Made by a program: the position numbers and the translations under genes. Of a DNA stretch of 64,000 bases, positions 1-12,749 are shown in pieces. Numbering within the stretch: position 1 is the first letter of the stretch; each line of letters starts with the position of its first letter. The notes beneath the pieces were generated by a model. That model saw only the letters and a list, made by a program, of their open reading frames with translations. It searched no databases and was not told the DNA's origin. Source of the stretch: Octopus sinensis (Eukaryota); contig NC_043011.1 of the NCBI RefSeq assembly GCF_006345805.1, positions 60,090,464 through 60,154,463 of the forward strand, written 5' to 3'.

Positions 1-339
1 CTAAAAGGCACTCAATCAGTTTCTACATAAGTGTTTTTGCTGAAAGCCAAAAGAAGACCTACTCAAGTGTACATGTGACTGTGCAGGTATGGTGAAGAAG
101 TTTGCTTTGCAACCACACAGTTCCAGAGCAAGAGTCTTCACTTATAGCCTTAGGGTGACCAAATCCATGTGAGTGAATTTGGTAAGCAGTAATTGAAAGA
201 AGTCCATTTTATGTATGTGTGTGTGTGTGTGTGTGTATGCTGAGATTGAAAAGAAACATTAAACTAAGTAAAAACATGGTGGCCCTTGTATACAGGCTTT
301 CCCTTGCAAAGCTCTCCAGCAGAGCATCCCTAATGTTGT

Positions 340-546
340 GGGCTTGTAAGTGCTGGTGCCACACAAAAAGCATCCATGATGGTGCTGAATAAAAGCACTC
401 AGTAAACTCTGTAAAGTGGTTGGCGTTAGGAAGGGATCCAGTTGTAGAAACCATGGCAAAATAGACATGGAGCCTCAGCTCCTGTCAAACTACCCAACCC
501 ATGCCATCATGAAAAATAGACGTTAAATGATGATGATGATGATGAT
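340..546 (+). mobile_element. SINE-like retroposon, family C (RTE-type 3' tail ending in (GAT)n)
   Basis: Carries the conserved block gttggcgttaggaagggatccagttgtagaaa...gacgttaaatgatgatgat. The same block recurs at about 11575, 13635, 14000, 24500, 40315, 48850 and 60305. Confidence 0.8.
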
Positions 547-949
547 GGAGGAGTGGATATGTGTTTTAAAGTCTCCCTGTCTTGACATCGTATGACAGTT
601 GCAAACGAGTGTGACAGTCATACATGCTGTGTTGTTCCTTTCTAACATTTTGAAAAAATATACATGGCAATGGGAAAATATCACTTGGCTTGGAAACAGG
701 TGAGGGTTAGCATAAAGAAGGGCATATGATCATAGAAAATCTGTCTTGATAAACTTTAGGTGACCCGTGCAAACACGGAAATGTGGATATTAAAATGATG
801 AAGATGGAAAAGAGAGAGGAAGAAGATATTTTTCAGACAGTTTATCTAAGATTACATCGTCCGACATGTCTTTTTTCCCTTTTAAGATGGATTATGGTTT
901 GAGAAACATTTGATTGCTATTTCTATCTGTAAAAGCTGGTTAAGATCAA

Positions 950-1091
950 GCAAATGACAAGCAAGTCTGTAGTAATGAGTGGAATATTTGCTGTAGCCTA
1001 TCTTTTACACCAAGACAAATCATGATAACACTTCCAATCAGTAATGATCAGAAGCCATGAGAGCCACTGCCTGGCACTGCATCAGGGCATT
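950..1091 (-). mobile_element. Partial 5' copy of the (AAT)n-bordered dispersed repeat
   Basis: Reverse complement reads aatgccctgatgcagtgccaggcagtggctctcatggcttctgatc..., matching the start of the copy at 5946. Confidence 0.75.
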
Positions 1092-1102
1092 TACTATTAT
1101 TA

Positions 1103-1598
1103 AGTGAGAGAACAGTGCATGTCATCAAAGTGACAATGGGGTACAAATATATGAAGCCCAATATACCCATCCGATAAGGGTACAACACACGCGCATGACA
1201 TGGCAATCTCATATCAACAGTGCATGACCTTGCAGGTAGGGCCCAGTTAGAATTTTCTGTAGGTTGAGTAACCCATCCCACTCAAAAGGTCCCCAAATAA
1301 GGGTTGTTTAAGGATGTTGAATGAAATACCCAGGCTACCACAGGTGAATTAAATCCCAAAGAATTCCTCTCAACACATGGCTCTGATCACTTCTACTTGT
1401 GATCAGAGATGCACATATCGTCAGCCACCAAGGGACAGGGTCAACTGGTTATGGTCAAACAACTGACAAGCAAATCCGTGGTATTGAGCAGAATATTTGC
1501 TGTAGTCCATCTTTTATACCAAGACAAAACAATGTACATGATAACACTTCCAATCAGTTAAGATCAGAAGCCATGAGAGCCACTGCCTGGTACTGCAT
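1103..1598 (-). mobile_element. (AAT)n-bordered dispersed repeat, about 500 bp, unclassified non-autonomous element
   Basis: Colinear with 5946-6480 over its whole length. Bounded by ATT/AAT tracts. No coding capacity. Confidence 0.8.
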
Positions 1599-2954
1599 TG
1601 TTATTATTATTATTATTATTATTATCATCATCATCATCATCATTATTGTGTTTAGAACATGGACTAACACAAAATTACGAAGGAAGATTTTAATTTAGAT
1701 CATTTGAAACATGAAGTCTCTATCACGGAACCAGGAGCAGTTTCAGGAGGCTTATTATGAAAAGGTTTTATGCACAAAACTGAAAATAGAAAGGTTACTT
1801 GCTATATTTATCATTAAAATGGTTTATGCTAACAATATCTATGCAGTAACCTATTGGTTAAAACAGATCCAACAGAGGTTATCATCATCTGCCATAAATA
1901 CAAAGTCTGACTTTTTGTGCACTTTTAGTTAGACTCAGTAATTGAAATTAGCCATGATATGAAGCTGATCTAAACACTTTTGGAAGGGTAAAATCAATAC
2001 AAATTTAACCACTGTGGCATATAGTAATCTGCAAAGAAAGGAAAAGCCATTAGAATGTAAAAGTTAGTATTTATTTTGCTGTATGGAAGAAAAGTTCCCT
2101 TAATGTGGCTGTTGTGAAAAATGTGAGTGGACTTCTTTTCAATGTTTGCTTTCACAACAAGCACAGGCATGGCTGTGTGGTAAGAAGTTTGTTTTGCAAC
2201 TACAAAGTTTCAGGTTCTGTCCCACTGCTGGGTGTCTTGGGCAAACGTCTTCTACTGCAGATTCAGGATGACCAATTCTTTGTGAATGGACTTGGTAAAT
2301 GGAAACTGAAAGAAGCCCATTAGGTGTGTGTGTGTGTGTGCACATATAGTATGTTTCTATGTATGTTCCTGTCTACTTGTTTTGACATCGTATGATAGTT
2401 GTATGTGAGTGCCACTGTCAGATAAGTGGTGTTGTTTGCTTTCGATATTCACAAAGACACATCTGGCCATGGGGAAAATATTACCTTTCTTGAACAGAGG
2501 TGAGAGTGTTAGTGACAGGAAAGGCATCTGGCCATTGAAAATCTTCCAGATGGCCCACACATGTATGGAAAAATGGACACTAAACAATGGTGATGATGAT
2601 GGTGGTGATAATAATGATGATGGTGATGATAATGATGATGGTGATGGTAGTGATAATGATGATGATGGTGGTAGTGGTGATGGTGATGGTGGTGATGCCT
2701 ATTTACTGTGTGTTTTGATTGATTCTTTGAAGTAGGAACGCCTTTCTTTTTTTGCAACTTTGATCGTATGGTCTTGCATAACGATAATCATAGGTTGATT
2801 ATGGTCATGAGTTATCGACCTTCCATCTGGAATACAAAGATGCCCTTTATGTGCCTTTTTTCTTTATTCTTTTTTTTTTTTTGGTCAACTTGTTAGAAAA
2901 AGCAGTCAAATTACTCTGAAAACAAAAACCTTACTATTCAAACAAAAAAACATG

Positions 2955-3093
2955 ATGTGGTAAGAAGTTTGCTTCCCAACCACATGGTTCTGGGTTCAGT
3001 CCCACTGTGTGGCACCCTGGCCACGTGTCTTCTACTATAGCCTCAGGCTGACCAAAGCCTTGTGAGTGGACAGAAACCGAACGAAGCCCATCG

Positions 3094-3172
<79 letters not shown>

Positions 3173-3380
3173 TTGTGTGTGTCTACTATTACTGCTTTGA
3201 CAACCAGTGTCGGTATGTTTACATCTCTATAACTTAGCAGTTCTGCAAATGGAAACCAATAGAATAAAGATGAGGCTTAAGAAAAATTAAAAAGAACTGG
3301 GGTCTATTAATTCCCCTAAAATTCCTTGAGGCAGTGCTCCAGCATGGCCGCAGTCTAATGACAGAAACAAATAAAAGGTA
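2955..3380 (+). mobile_element. tRNA-derived SINE, family A (central (TA)/(TG) tract)
   Basis: Head tgtggtaagaagtttgcttcccaaccacatggttctgggttcagtccc with A/B-box-like motifs, then the TG tract, then the conserved 3' half ending gcagtctaatgacagaaacaaataaaag. Confidence 0.85.
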
Positions 3381-3675
3381 AAGATGGTCATGATTAGAAT
3401 GCTTCCATCATAATCTGCTTGTTCAGCACTGAATGACCCAGGGCTAAACAGCAACAGTGATTATCATCAGTTGTTCATCTCAAAACAATCTCAGATGTCT
3501 GACTCTTAGATTTTAGCTTCATCAAAAGTTTTCTTCACAGCTCTGAAAATTACACAACACAGAGACAAGTGAACAAGCTGACTTCAATGTGGTTACTCAA
3601 CCTGCTAAAAATAGTAGTCAAATTTCTCTTGCAGTCACATCAATACAATTATCATCATAATTATTATTTTAACAC

Positions 3676-3892
3676 ATTAAGGCACCAAGCTGGCAGAAAC
3701 GTTAGCACACCGGGTGAAATGCTTAGCAGTATTTCATCTGTCTTTACATTCTGAGTTCAAATTCTGCTGATGTCGACTTTGCCTGTTATCCTTTTGGGGT
3801 TGATAAATTAAGTACCAGTTGCATACTGGGGTCAATCTAATTGACAGGCCTCCTCCCTCAAAATTTGGGGCCTTGTGCCTAGAGTAGAAAAG
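3676..3892 (+). mobile_element. SINE, family E (core gcctttcatcctttcggggtcgataaattaagtaccag, Meta-domain-like)
   Basis: Flanked by a 17-bp target-site duplication aattattatttt(a/g)acac at 3659-3675 and 3893-3909. Has a B-box-like gagttcaaattc. Confidence 0.85.
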
Positions 3893-4828
3893 AATTATTA
3901 TTTTGACACCCACTTTTCCATGCTTGCATGGCTCAGATGAAATTTGTTGAAGTTGATTTTCTATGGCTGGATACCCTTCCTGTAGCTAACACTCACTTGT
4001 TTCCAAGCAAACTAACACTTTCCCACGACTGAACATGTTTCCATAGGAGATTGGAGACAAAAAACACAACTGATATAGTGGAGCTCAAGAATATGCAAAC
4101 ACCAACACCACACACACAAATACATACACACACGTTTGCATGTGTGTGTGTGTGTAAGTATGTATGTACACACATATACATATAAATGAAGGGTTTTCCG
4201 TTTCCCTTTATCAAATCCACTGAAAAAGATTGGCCCCAGTGCTATAGTAGAAGACACTTGCTCAAGATGCCATGCTGTGGAAGTGAACCTAAAACTACAT
4301 AGCTAAGAAGCAAGCAAGCTTCTTAACAGAAATAGCCATTTCTGTACCTTTGCAATGAAAACACTATATCAAGTTTAACTCCTTGAGGCTTGAATGTAGT
4401 CAAGCAGGGTCAAAGACAACCTATTTGTGTATGTCGGTATTGCGTATCAAATCCAATATAACAAGTCATAAATTATTAAATCGCAGTTGAGTTGCAGATA
4501 TCCAGAGACAAACCCCAGATAACATGAGAAATCTAATCACTGACACCGACTAAGCTATAATTACAAGCACAATAAATGCAGGATATATCATATATATATG
4601 AGCGAACCTGTACATAATCAATAAACTTACAAGAAATAGCAGCCAAATCTATATTGTGTAACAGCTTACCATCTGGTAAAAACAAAGGACACATCTGATA
4701 ATGTTCTCCCACACACATTTAAAACGACTGGATGAATGCAGTTGAAATGTTTTTGATCAGGAGTTTACCAAATCAGGGTTTACTTGTGCCTCACATGATG
4801 ACAATGACAATGACTACCACCATTACCG

Positions 4829-4829
<1 letters not shown>

Positions 4830-4859
<30 letters not shown>

Positions 4860-4891
4860 CACTACTACTACTACTATACTACTACTACTAC

Positions 4892-4964
<73 letters not shown>

Positions 4965-5030
4965 TGATAATAATAATAATAATAATAATAATATAATAAT
5001 AATAAAATGATAATAATAATAATAATAGTA

Positions 5031-5102
<72 letters not shown>

Positions 5103-5125
5103 TGATAATAATAATAATAATAGTA

Positions 5126-5215
<90 letters not shown>

Positions 5216-5266
5216 GATAATAATAATAATAATAATAATAATAAAATGATAATAATAATAATAGTA

Positions 5267-5341
<75 letters not shown>

Positions 5342-5393
5342 TGATAATAATAATAATAATAGTAATAGTAATAATAATAATAATAACAATAAT
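4830..5393. repeat. Compound (ACT)n-(AAT)n microsatellite of about 560 bp
   Basis: Read directly. It explains the poly-L/Y/I ORFs 4874-5416 and 5102-5344. Confidence 0.98.
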
Positions 5394-5394
5394 G

Positions 5395-5610
5395 ATGGTT
5401 TCAAATTTTGGCTCAAGGCAACCAGTTTCAGAGCAGAGGGTAGATTGATTACATTGATTCCCAGTGCTTAACTGGTACGTATTTTATTGACCCTGAAAGG
5501 ATGAAAGGCAAAGTCAACCTCGGCAGAATTTGAACTCAGAATGTAACGGCAGATGAAATACTGCTAAGCATTTCACCTGGTGTGCTAACAATTCTGCCAG
5601 CTCACCACCT
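5395..5610 (-). mobile_element. SINE, family E
   Basis: Reverse complement of the family E consensus (ggatgaaaggcaaagtcaacctcggcagaatttgaactcagaa on +). A second copy follows at about 5690-5890. Confidence 0.8.
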
Positions 5611-5612
5611 TA

Positions 5613-5689
<77 letters not shown>

Positions 5690-5945
5690 CCTTTCTACTA
5701 TTGACACAAGGCCTGAATTTTTAAGGGTTGGGTCAGACGATGACATTGGCCCCAGTGCTCAGGCAGTATTTATTTTATCCTGAAAGGATGAAAGGCAAAG
5801 TTGATCCTGGTAGAATTTGAACTCAGAATGTATGGATGCATGAAACACTGCTCAGTCTTTTTTCTGGTGTGCTAACAATTCTACCACCTCAATAATAATG
5901 ATAATAATGATGATGATGGTGATGGTGATGATGATGATAATAATA

Positions 5946-6480
5946 AATGCCCTGATGCAGTACCAGGCAGTGGCTCTCATGGCTTCTGATCTTAAATGAT
6001 TGTACATAATTTTGTCTTTGTATAAAAGATAGGCTACAGTAAATATTCTGCTCAATACCACAGATCTGCTTGTCAGTTTCTTGACCATAACTAGTTGAGC
6101 ATGTCCCTTAGTAGCTGATGATATGTGCATCTCTGATCACGAGCAGAAGTAGTGGGGGAGCATCATAGCCATGTGTTGAGAGGGATTCTTTGGGGTTTGA
6201 ATAATTCACCTCTGGAAACATGGGTGGTTCATTCAACATCCTTAAACAACCCTTATTCAGGGACCTTTTGAGTGGGATGGGCTACTCAACCTGAAGAAAA
6301 TTCTAACTGGGCCCCACCTGCACTGTTTATCTTGGTATGAGATCACCATGTTGTGCACATATGGTTATGATGCATGTGCCTGGTGTACCCTTATCAGACA
6401 AGTAGAGATGACAGGTATACTGGGCTTCTTATATTTGTACCCCAGCATCTCTTTGACAGCATGTGCTGCTCTCTCACTCA
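5946..6480 (+). mobile_element. (AAT)n-bordered dispersed repeat, about 535 bp
   Basis: Starts aatgccctgatgcagtaccaggcag after an AAT/GAT tract and ends ctctctcactca followed by (AAT)n. It is the inverted partner of 1103-1598. Confidence 0.8.
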
Positions 6481-6570
6481 ATAATAATAATGATATCATC
6501 AACAATAATGACAATGCAGTAAGACCGTTCAGAGAGCAAAATACTTTTGTATGCTAAATTACAAAGGCAG

Positions 6571-6624
<54 letters not shown>

Positions 6625-7527
6625 CATACATATATATCTTACTAAGATTTCTTATAAAGATTTCTGTCAATATTTTGATAACAACATTTCTGGCCACTAG
6701 TTATATATATATAAAAGACAAATTGACTGAAGAACATCAGTAATGGAAACAGAAGTTTTGTTCTTGAAACAAGGGATGAAGAAGGAAGGAAAAAAAAAGA
6801 AGAAAAAAAGAAGAAAAAAAAAAGAAGAAGAAAAGAAAATAAAAAGAAAGAAAAAAAACAGAAAAACAAAATCAACATTATAAATAATTTGAATTTTCTT
6901 AATACTTTTCATTTACCTTAGTGTATATGTGCAGTGACAGTGAGTGGTGGTTTGGAGCTAGTATCTACTTTCAGACAATATTTGTTTAACAATATTTGCT
7001 AACACACAACACAAAGAAAACAAATTCTTTTTTATATCGTCCATTAATTACTGTTTCCCACCAACAAGCTACCATTAAGAAGGAGGAGGAGATTTTTATT
7101 TCATTAAAAATTGCTATCTGTTGCATGGATGATTGATTGAACAGTCTCTTATCTCTTCATCACAACTATTACCACTCCGACACCCCCACCACGACCACCT
7201 CCACCGTCGTGGTTGCTGCTGTCAGAAATTCTTCTACATTTATTTGTCTATGTGCTGCAAAAAAGTCTACAAGCTGTTCTTCAAACTTGCTACTTTCTTC
7301 TTCATTTATTTTCTTTTATTCTTTTAGTGGTTTCAGTCACTGGACTGTGGCCATGCTGGGGCACTTCCTTTAAGAGATTTTGCTGATTACATCAACTCTG
7401 GTACAACTTTGGTAGTTATTTTACCAATCTCATAATGTTGAATGTCAAAGTTGAACTGAGAATTTGAGGTAGAGAATCTGTCAGTGCACACACATACATG
7501 CACACACACACACACACACACGCACAT

Positions 7528-7564
<37 letters not shown>

Positions 7565-7880
7565 TGCACACACACACACACACGCACATGCATATGAGTG
7601 ACAGCACTAATTCTCCATATTCTATGGAGTGCGGCAGCTTCTGTTTAATTTGTGTCATTTGTTAACTGATCAACATATATTTGGAGGGTAACCAATGGGA
7701 ATTAGATCATGTTGGGCAGTCACGGACTCATATTTCCTTATTTTCCCACAATGTCCTGCAAAACAAACTCTTCTTTCTTTTATGGGATCCAATACTTTAG
7801 GAACCTTATGGTACAATCTTTTTCAGGTAGCCATATATGCAGGAAGGAAATTTGAAATTTGCTTAGGGGACACAAACCCA

Positions 7881-8268
7881 TTCTTTTATTCTTTCATTCT
7901 TTTATTTGTTTCAGTCATTTGACTGCAGCCATGCTGGAGCACCGCCTTTAGTCGAGCAAATCAACCCCAAGACTTATTCTTTGTAAGCTTAGTACTTATT
8001 TTATCGGTCTCTCTTGCCGAACTGCTAAGTTAATGGGGTCTTAAACACACCAGCATCGGTTTTCAAGCGATGTTGGAGAGGGACAAACACATATGTGTAT
8101 ATATATATATACGATGGGCATCTTTCAGTTTCTGTCAACCAAATCCGCTCACGAGGCTTTGGTCAACCTGAGGCTATAGTAGAAGACATTTACCCAAGGT
8201 GCCATGCAGTGGGAGTGAACCCACAACCATGTGATTGGTAAGCAAGCTACTTACCACACAGCCACTCC
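7881..8268 (-). mobile_element. tRNA-derived SINE, family A, full length
   Basis: Reverse complement matches both halves of family A, from the ggagtggctgtgtggtaagtagc head to the gactgaaacaaataaaag tail. Confidence 0.9.
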
Positions 8269-10078
8269 AGCACCATGTCTAAAATTTTTAAAAGGTTGAT
8301 TTTCTTTTCTATTGTGATATCAAAACAAATATGGGAATAATAACAATAATTATTATATTTGTACATCGATCAAGTCAGATAAATACAATAATGGAAAAAA
8401 TAATGTTTCTATATGAATGTAAAAGTGTTTCTATGCTCATTCATTTTGGTAATGAAATTTCTCAGGAGGGTGTTCGAAGCATTTTCATTGTCCCCACCCA
8501 AAATTTCAGGGAGTGTGCTTGCATTCCCTGTGCCCCCTGTTTCTGAGTCAAAGCAAGTAGTGTGTCTTTTCTGGGACACGTTCAAAATGGCACCAAACAT
8601 GTCCATGTACGGGCCCTCCAACAAAGCTAAGTCTTTTGGTTGGGGTCAAAAGAGAAAGAACCATGGAGATGCACAATTTCAACCCCTGCACGAAAGGGGT
8701 TCCTTTTAAGATTCTCTGACAGCTTAAATATCTATGAGATTATGCTGAAAATTCTAAGGGCTAACCAAACTTTGCTGAATAAGGGTCATGTAAGTTTGAA
8801 CAGACTCAACCTCATGAGGATGATGATGATGATGGCGATGACTATAATGATGATGATCATGATAATGACTGATATTAATGATAACTGATTATGATGATGA
8901 CAATGATTATGATGATCATGACAAAGATGATGATGATGATGACACTGATAATAATGATTATGAGGATTATCGTTATTATTATTATGAGAATAATGATAAG
9001 GATGCTGTTGCTGCTGCTGCTGCTGATGATGATGAGTGATAGCTGATCAAAGGAAGTTGTGGAGTGTTTCATGAAAAACGGCACCAGCCAGGCTGCAATT
9101 CCTTCAGAACACTGTGTAAGACGTGCTTCCATCCACAGCTGTTATTCAACAATTAGATTAGAGTTGTAAATCTGATTGTATTCTACATGACCAGCTTCTA
9201 CATGACTAGCTTCACAGATCCATTATTAATTTGTGATTTCAAATTAAAAAGAAACATCTATTTATTCTAAATTTTATATTATGTATTTGTGAACCAAAAG
9301 AATTCATGGTTATATGTCTCTGATGGGCCGATTGTGAGTTCACTTCATTTCCAAAGACAAAAATTACGGGGAAGGGTGTATTTAGCTTGAGTAAATTATA
9401 CAATATATTTATTTAATGTACCAGTTTACAGATATATATATATTATATATATATATATATATGTATGCATAAAAAATATATATAAAAATACAAAATGGGA
9501 CAAGAACGCAAAACATTCAATTAGACGACACAAAAAAAACAGACGGGTCATTCAAAGCCTCTAATCTTCAGTCAAGAACTGGATCATCCTCGCAATTTCG
9601 GCTGATCTTATATATATATATATATATATATATATAGGCCTATAAAAGGCTTCCCCATAGTTTCTGTCCTTATAATTACACTCAAAATGCATTGGTCAAC
9701 TTGAGGCTAGGATTAAAGTTATTTGTTCTATCATGCACACTTCTAAAGCACACAGGTGTGCTTGCATCATTAAGTCAAAATTATGTTTCTTTGATTCGTA
9801 AGATTTTAAAACTTCAGAAAAAAATTTATAAGAATATGATGGCACTGAGACCAGATCAAGTGACCAGAATTAGCGGCAAGTCAGAAAAACTGCTTAGTAG
9901 CATTCATATTTTTGAGAGTTCAAATTTCACTGTAATTGACGTTGCCTTTCACTTTTTCCAGGGTCAGCAAAATAAACACCATTTGAATACAGGGGTCAAT
10001 GTAATTAACTATCGTTCTTCCTTAGCAGCATTTCTTCTGGTTCCTTACTTTCTGGTTTCAAATCCCAACAAGCTCAAT

Positions 10079-10463
10079 ATCTCTCATTGTGACATTTAAA
10101 AATAGTAATTTTCTAATTTATAGATCAGTGACTAGTTGTCACTTTGAAAACTATATATTTTGAACGGGAATTTGGCAGCGCCCCCTCTAGCCGAACAATT
10201 ATTCTGTGCTGATGAAGAGAAATAACCTGGAAATCGCGATACACAGATATTGTTCTGAGCTGAGTGGGGGTGCTAGATTCCCTTGTTCAAAAATATAAGG
10301 ACAGAGATCGTGTCGTACAGCCAGCTGGAGACGATGTCTACTGGGGCTAAATTACAGCAACATTCATCCTAAACCAGGACTGCCATGATATGTTGGCAAT
10401 CTTTACTTCAAAGTATTGTTACTGAATATCTCTCATTGTGAAATCTAAAAATAGTAATTTTCT
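10079..10463 (+). mobile_element. Hammerhead-ribozyme-containing non-autonomous retroelement (retrozyme-like), inserted into a family E SINE
   Basis: 9-bp TSD AAGCTCAAT at 10070-10078 and 10464-10472. 36-bp terminal direct repeats at 10079-10114 and 10428-10463 (2 mismatches). Central hammerhead motif. The host SINE resumes after the right TSD. Confidence 0.8.
10204..10246 (+). ncRNA. Type I minimal hammerhead ribozyme motif
   Basis: CUGUG-CUGAUGA-agagaaauaaccug-GAAA-UCGCGA-UA-CACAG. Stem I is CUGUG/CACAG, both core boxes are intact and stem III is palindromic (AUCGCGAU). Stem II is degenerate. Confidence 0.8.
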
Positions 10464-12534
10464 AAGCTCAATTTTGTTTTCCATCTTTTAGGGGTGTATA
10501 AAATAATTACCAGTTGAGCACTAGGGTCAATGTAATGGACTTATCACCAACCCACCACTGAAATTGCTGGCCCTGTGCCCAAATGTGAAACAGTTACTGT
10601 CATCATCGACTCCTTCCTGATATTAGACAATGCTGTTGCTATACAAAATGTCTTCAACAGAAGAATGGGTGATAGAAAATTGCCATACATCATAATGATT
10701 TATTTGGTTTTGGTAAAGTGCAAATCATCTCAAAGTAGTAGTGAGAATAATCCAATTCCAATGACAAAAAAGTCTGTGTAAATAGAAGAAAGTAAAATGA
10801 AGTTGGAAGTAGACAGAGAACTTCTTAGGAGGATGGATTTAATTTGTTAAATCAAATATTAAACGACACCAGAGATTTCTCTTTCTTAATGTCAAAATTA
10901 GTTTGAGAAAGAAATGGAAAAGGTCTGGTAGACTTTCAGGAGACAAACTTAATCTGTTGTTCATAACAGTGGAGTCTATTTTGTAGGAAATATTCAGTCT
11001 TTAGACCAAGGTAAAATAGCTCAATACGCTGATACATTGCTGTTTCCTGCAGCATCAATCAAAGAATTATAGCTTCTCCTTCCCTAATTTTTCAGAAATC
11101 CTGGGAGTCCAGTAGAAAAATTCAAGGATGCTGTCCTTCTTCTAAGATGCCATTGTTGCTGCCACCACCACTACCAACATTGTCATCAAGGTTTTAACAC
11201 CTGCATTTCGTTGCTTGCATAGATCAGATTACATTCAGTTGAGGCAGAATTTTCTATGACTGGATGCTCTTCCTGTTGCCAATCTTCCCTTGTTTTCCTA
11301 ATCTGTCAAACAGTGAACAGTCTGCACATACTGTTGTAGGGCATTGCAAACAAATGACAAGGTTTCTATGAATGGAAACTTTTGTGTGCTTTGAAATTAT
11401 ATTTCCAATCATAAAAACCACTTTGAATATTATTTTAGCAAGTTCTTTGGTGCCATAAGCCATTTACCATTTCCATGGTGTCTCCTCCTCTACTCTAGAT
11501 GCTCTAAGCACAATGCTTATTTTGATTAATGGTTAATCCAGCACTGACAAACACACAACATCACAACTCCTAGTTGTGGCTGGTGCCAGTGATATGTGAA
11601 AGGGACCCACTATACTCTAGAAGTGATTGGCATCAGGAAGGGCAACCAGCTGTAGAAATCTTGCCAGATCAGATTGGAGCCTGGTGCAGCCTTCTGGCTT
11701 GCCAGTCCTCAGTCAAACCATCCAAACCATGCCAACATGGAAAGTGGATGCTAAATAATGATGTAAGTATTGGCTAACTCACAGCTATAGTACAGAACCT
11801 AGCTGCCAGCATCCACCTTGTAGGAGTAAACTCTGAACCGTGAAGTTTCAAAGTGAACATCTTAACCACACAGCCAATGGAAGGAGCCTCCACGAAGTTA
11901 CTCAACATGCTAGAATTAGAAGCCAAATCTTCTTCAGAATCTATGCATAAAGAAAGGAGGACAGATTGGTGAATGCGGCCATAGAGGTACTGAATGAAGA
12001 TAGAGAGAAAAGACTGGATGGTCATAACTGGAATGATCTGTTCAACCAGGACTGACTTGAAGCTTAACAGCTCTAGAAACATAACGAGCAAAATACTAAA
12101 GTTGTTATGATCCACTGTTGAAGGGAATTACGTAATAAAGCCACGAGACGAATCTAAGTGTGCTTAATATGTTTTTAATGTAAAAACGAGTGAAATTTTC
12201 TTGTTCTTTATTTTTCTTTCTGGAAAGTACCATAAGAGTAAACTACTTCATATACTTACACAGACACATGCACACATCATATAACTACACAGACATATGC
12301 AGATATATATACACACATACATACATTCATACGGATAGATATACTATGTATACACACATATACATGCGCGCGTGTGTGTGTGTGTGTATGTATCTTATAC
12401 TTAAACAAGAATATTATTAACAATGACATCTAAGCTTCAGCAAGTTAAGCCATCATTGGACTGAACATAAAAACATTAATGAATACGTATATACATACAT
12501 ACACACATACATATGTGTGTATATGTATGTATGC

Positions 12535-12536
<2 letters not shown>

Positions 12537-12569
<33 letters not shown>

Positions 12570-12605
12570 CATGTATGTATGTATGTATGTATGTATATAT
12601 ATATA

Positions 12606-12651
<46 letters not shown>

Positions 12652-12668
12652 TACATACATACATACAT

Positions 12669-12724
<56 letters not shown>

Positions 12725-12749
12725 TACATACATACATACATACATGTAT

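Noticed and set aside
4732-5416. Long homopolymeric ORFs, and similar ones at 2409-2757, 12445-12852, 41159-41462, 48632-48959 and 57861-58176
   Set aside because: Translations of microsatellites.
6722-6760. CUGAAGA-acaucaguaaug-GAAA hammerhead-like string
   Set aside because: Stem II (CAU/AUG) is possible, but the flanks cannot form stem I.
8409-8888. Overlapping 70-98 aa ORFs in a GC-richer unique patch
   Set aside because: No recognisable motif or convincing splice-site pair.
9540-9610. Minus-strand CUGAAGA and a nearby GAAA in a TA-flanked module
   Set aside because: The GAAA lies upstream of the CUGAAGA and the downstream box is GAAU. No consistent three-way junction.
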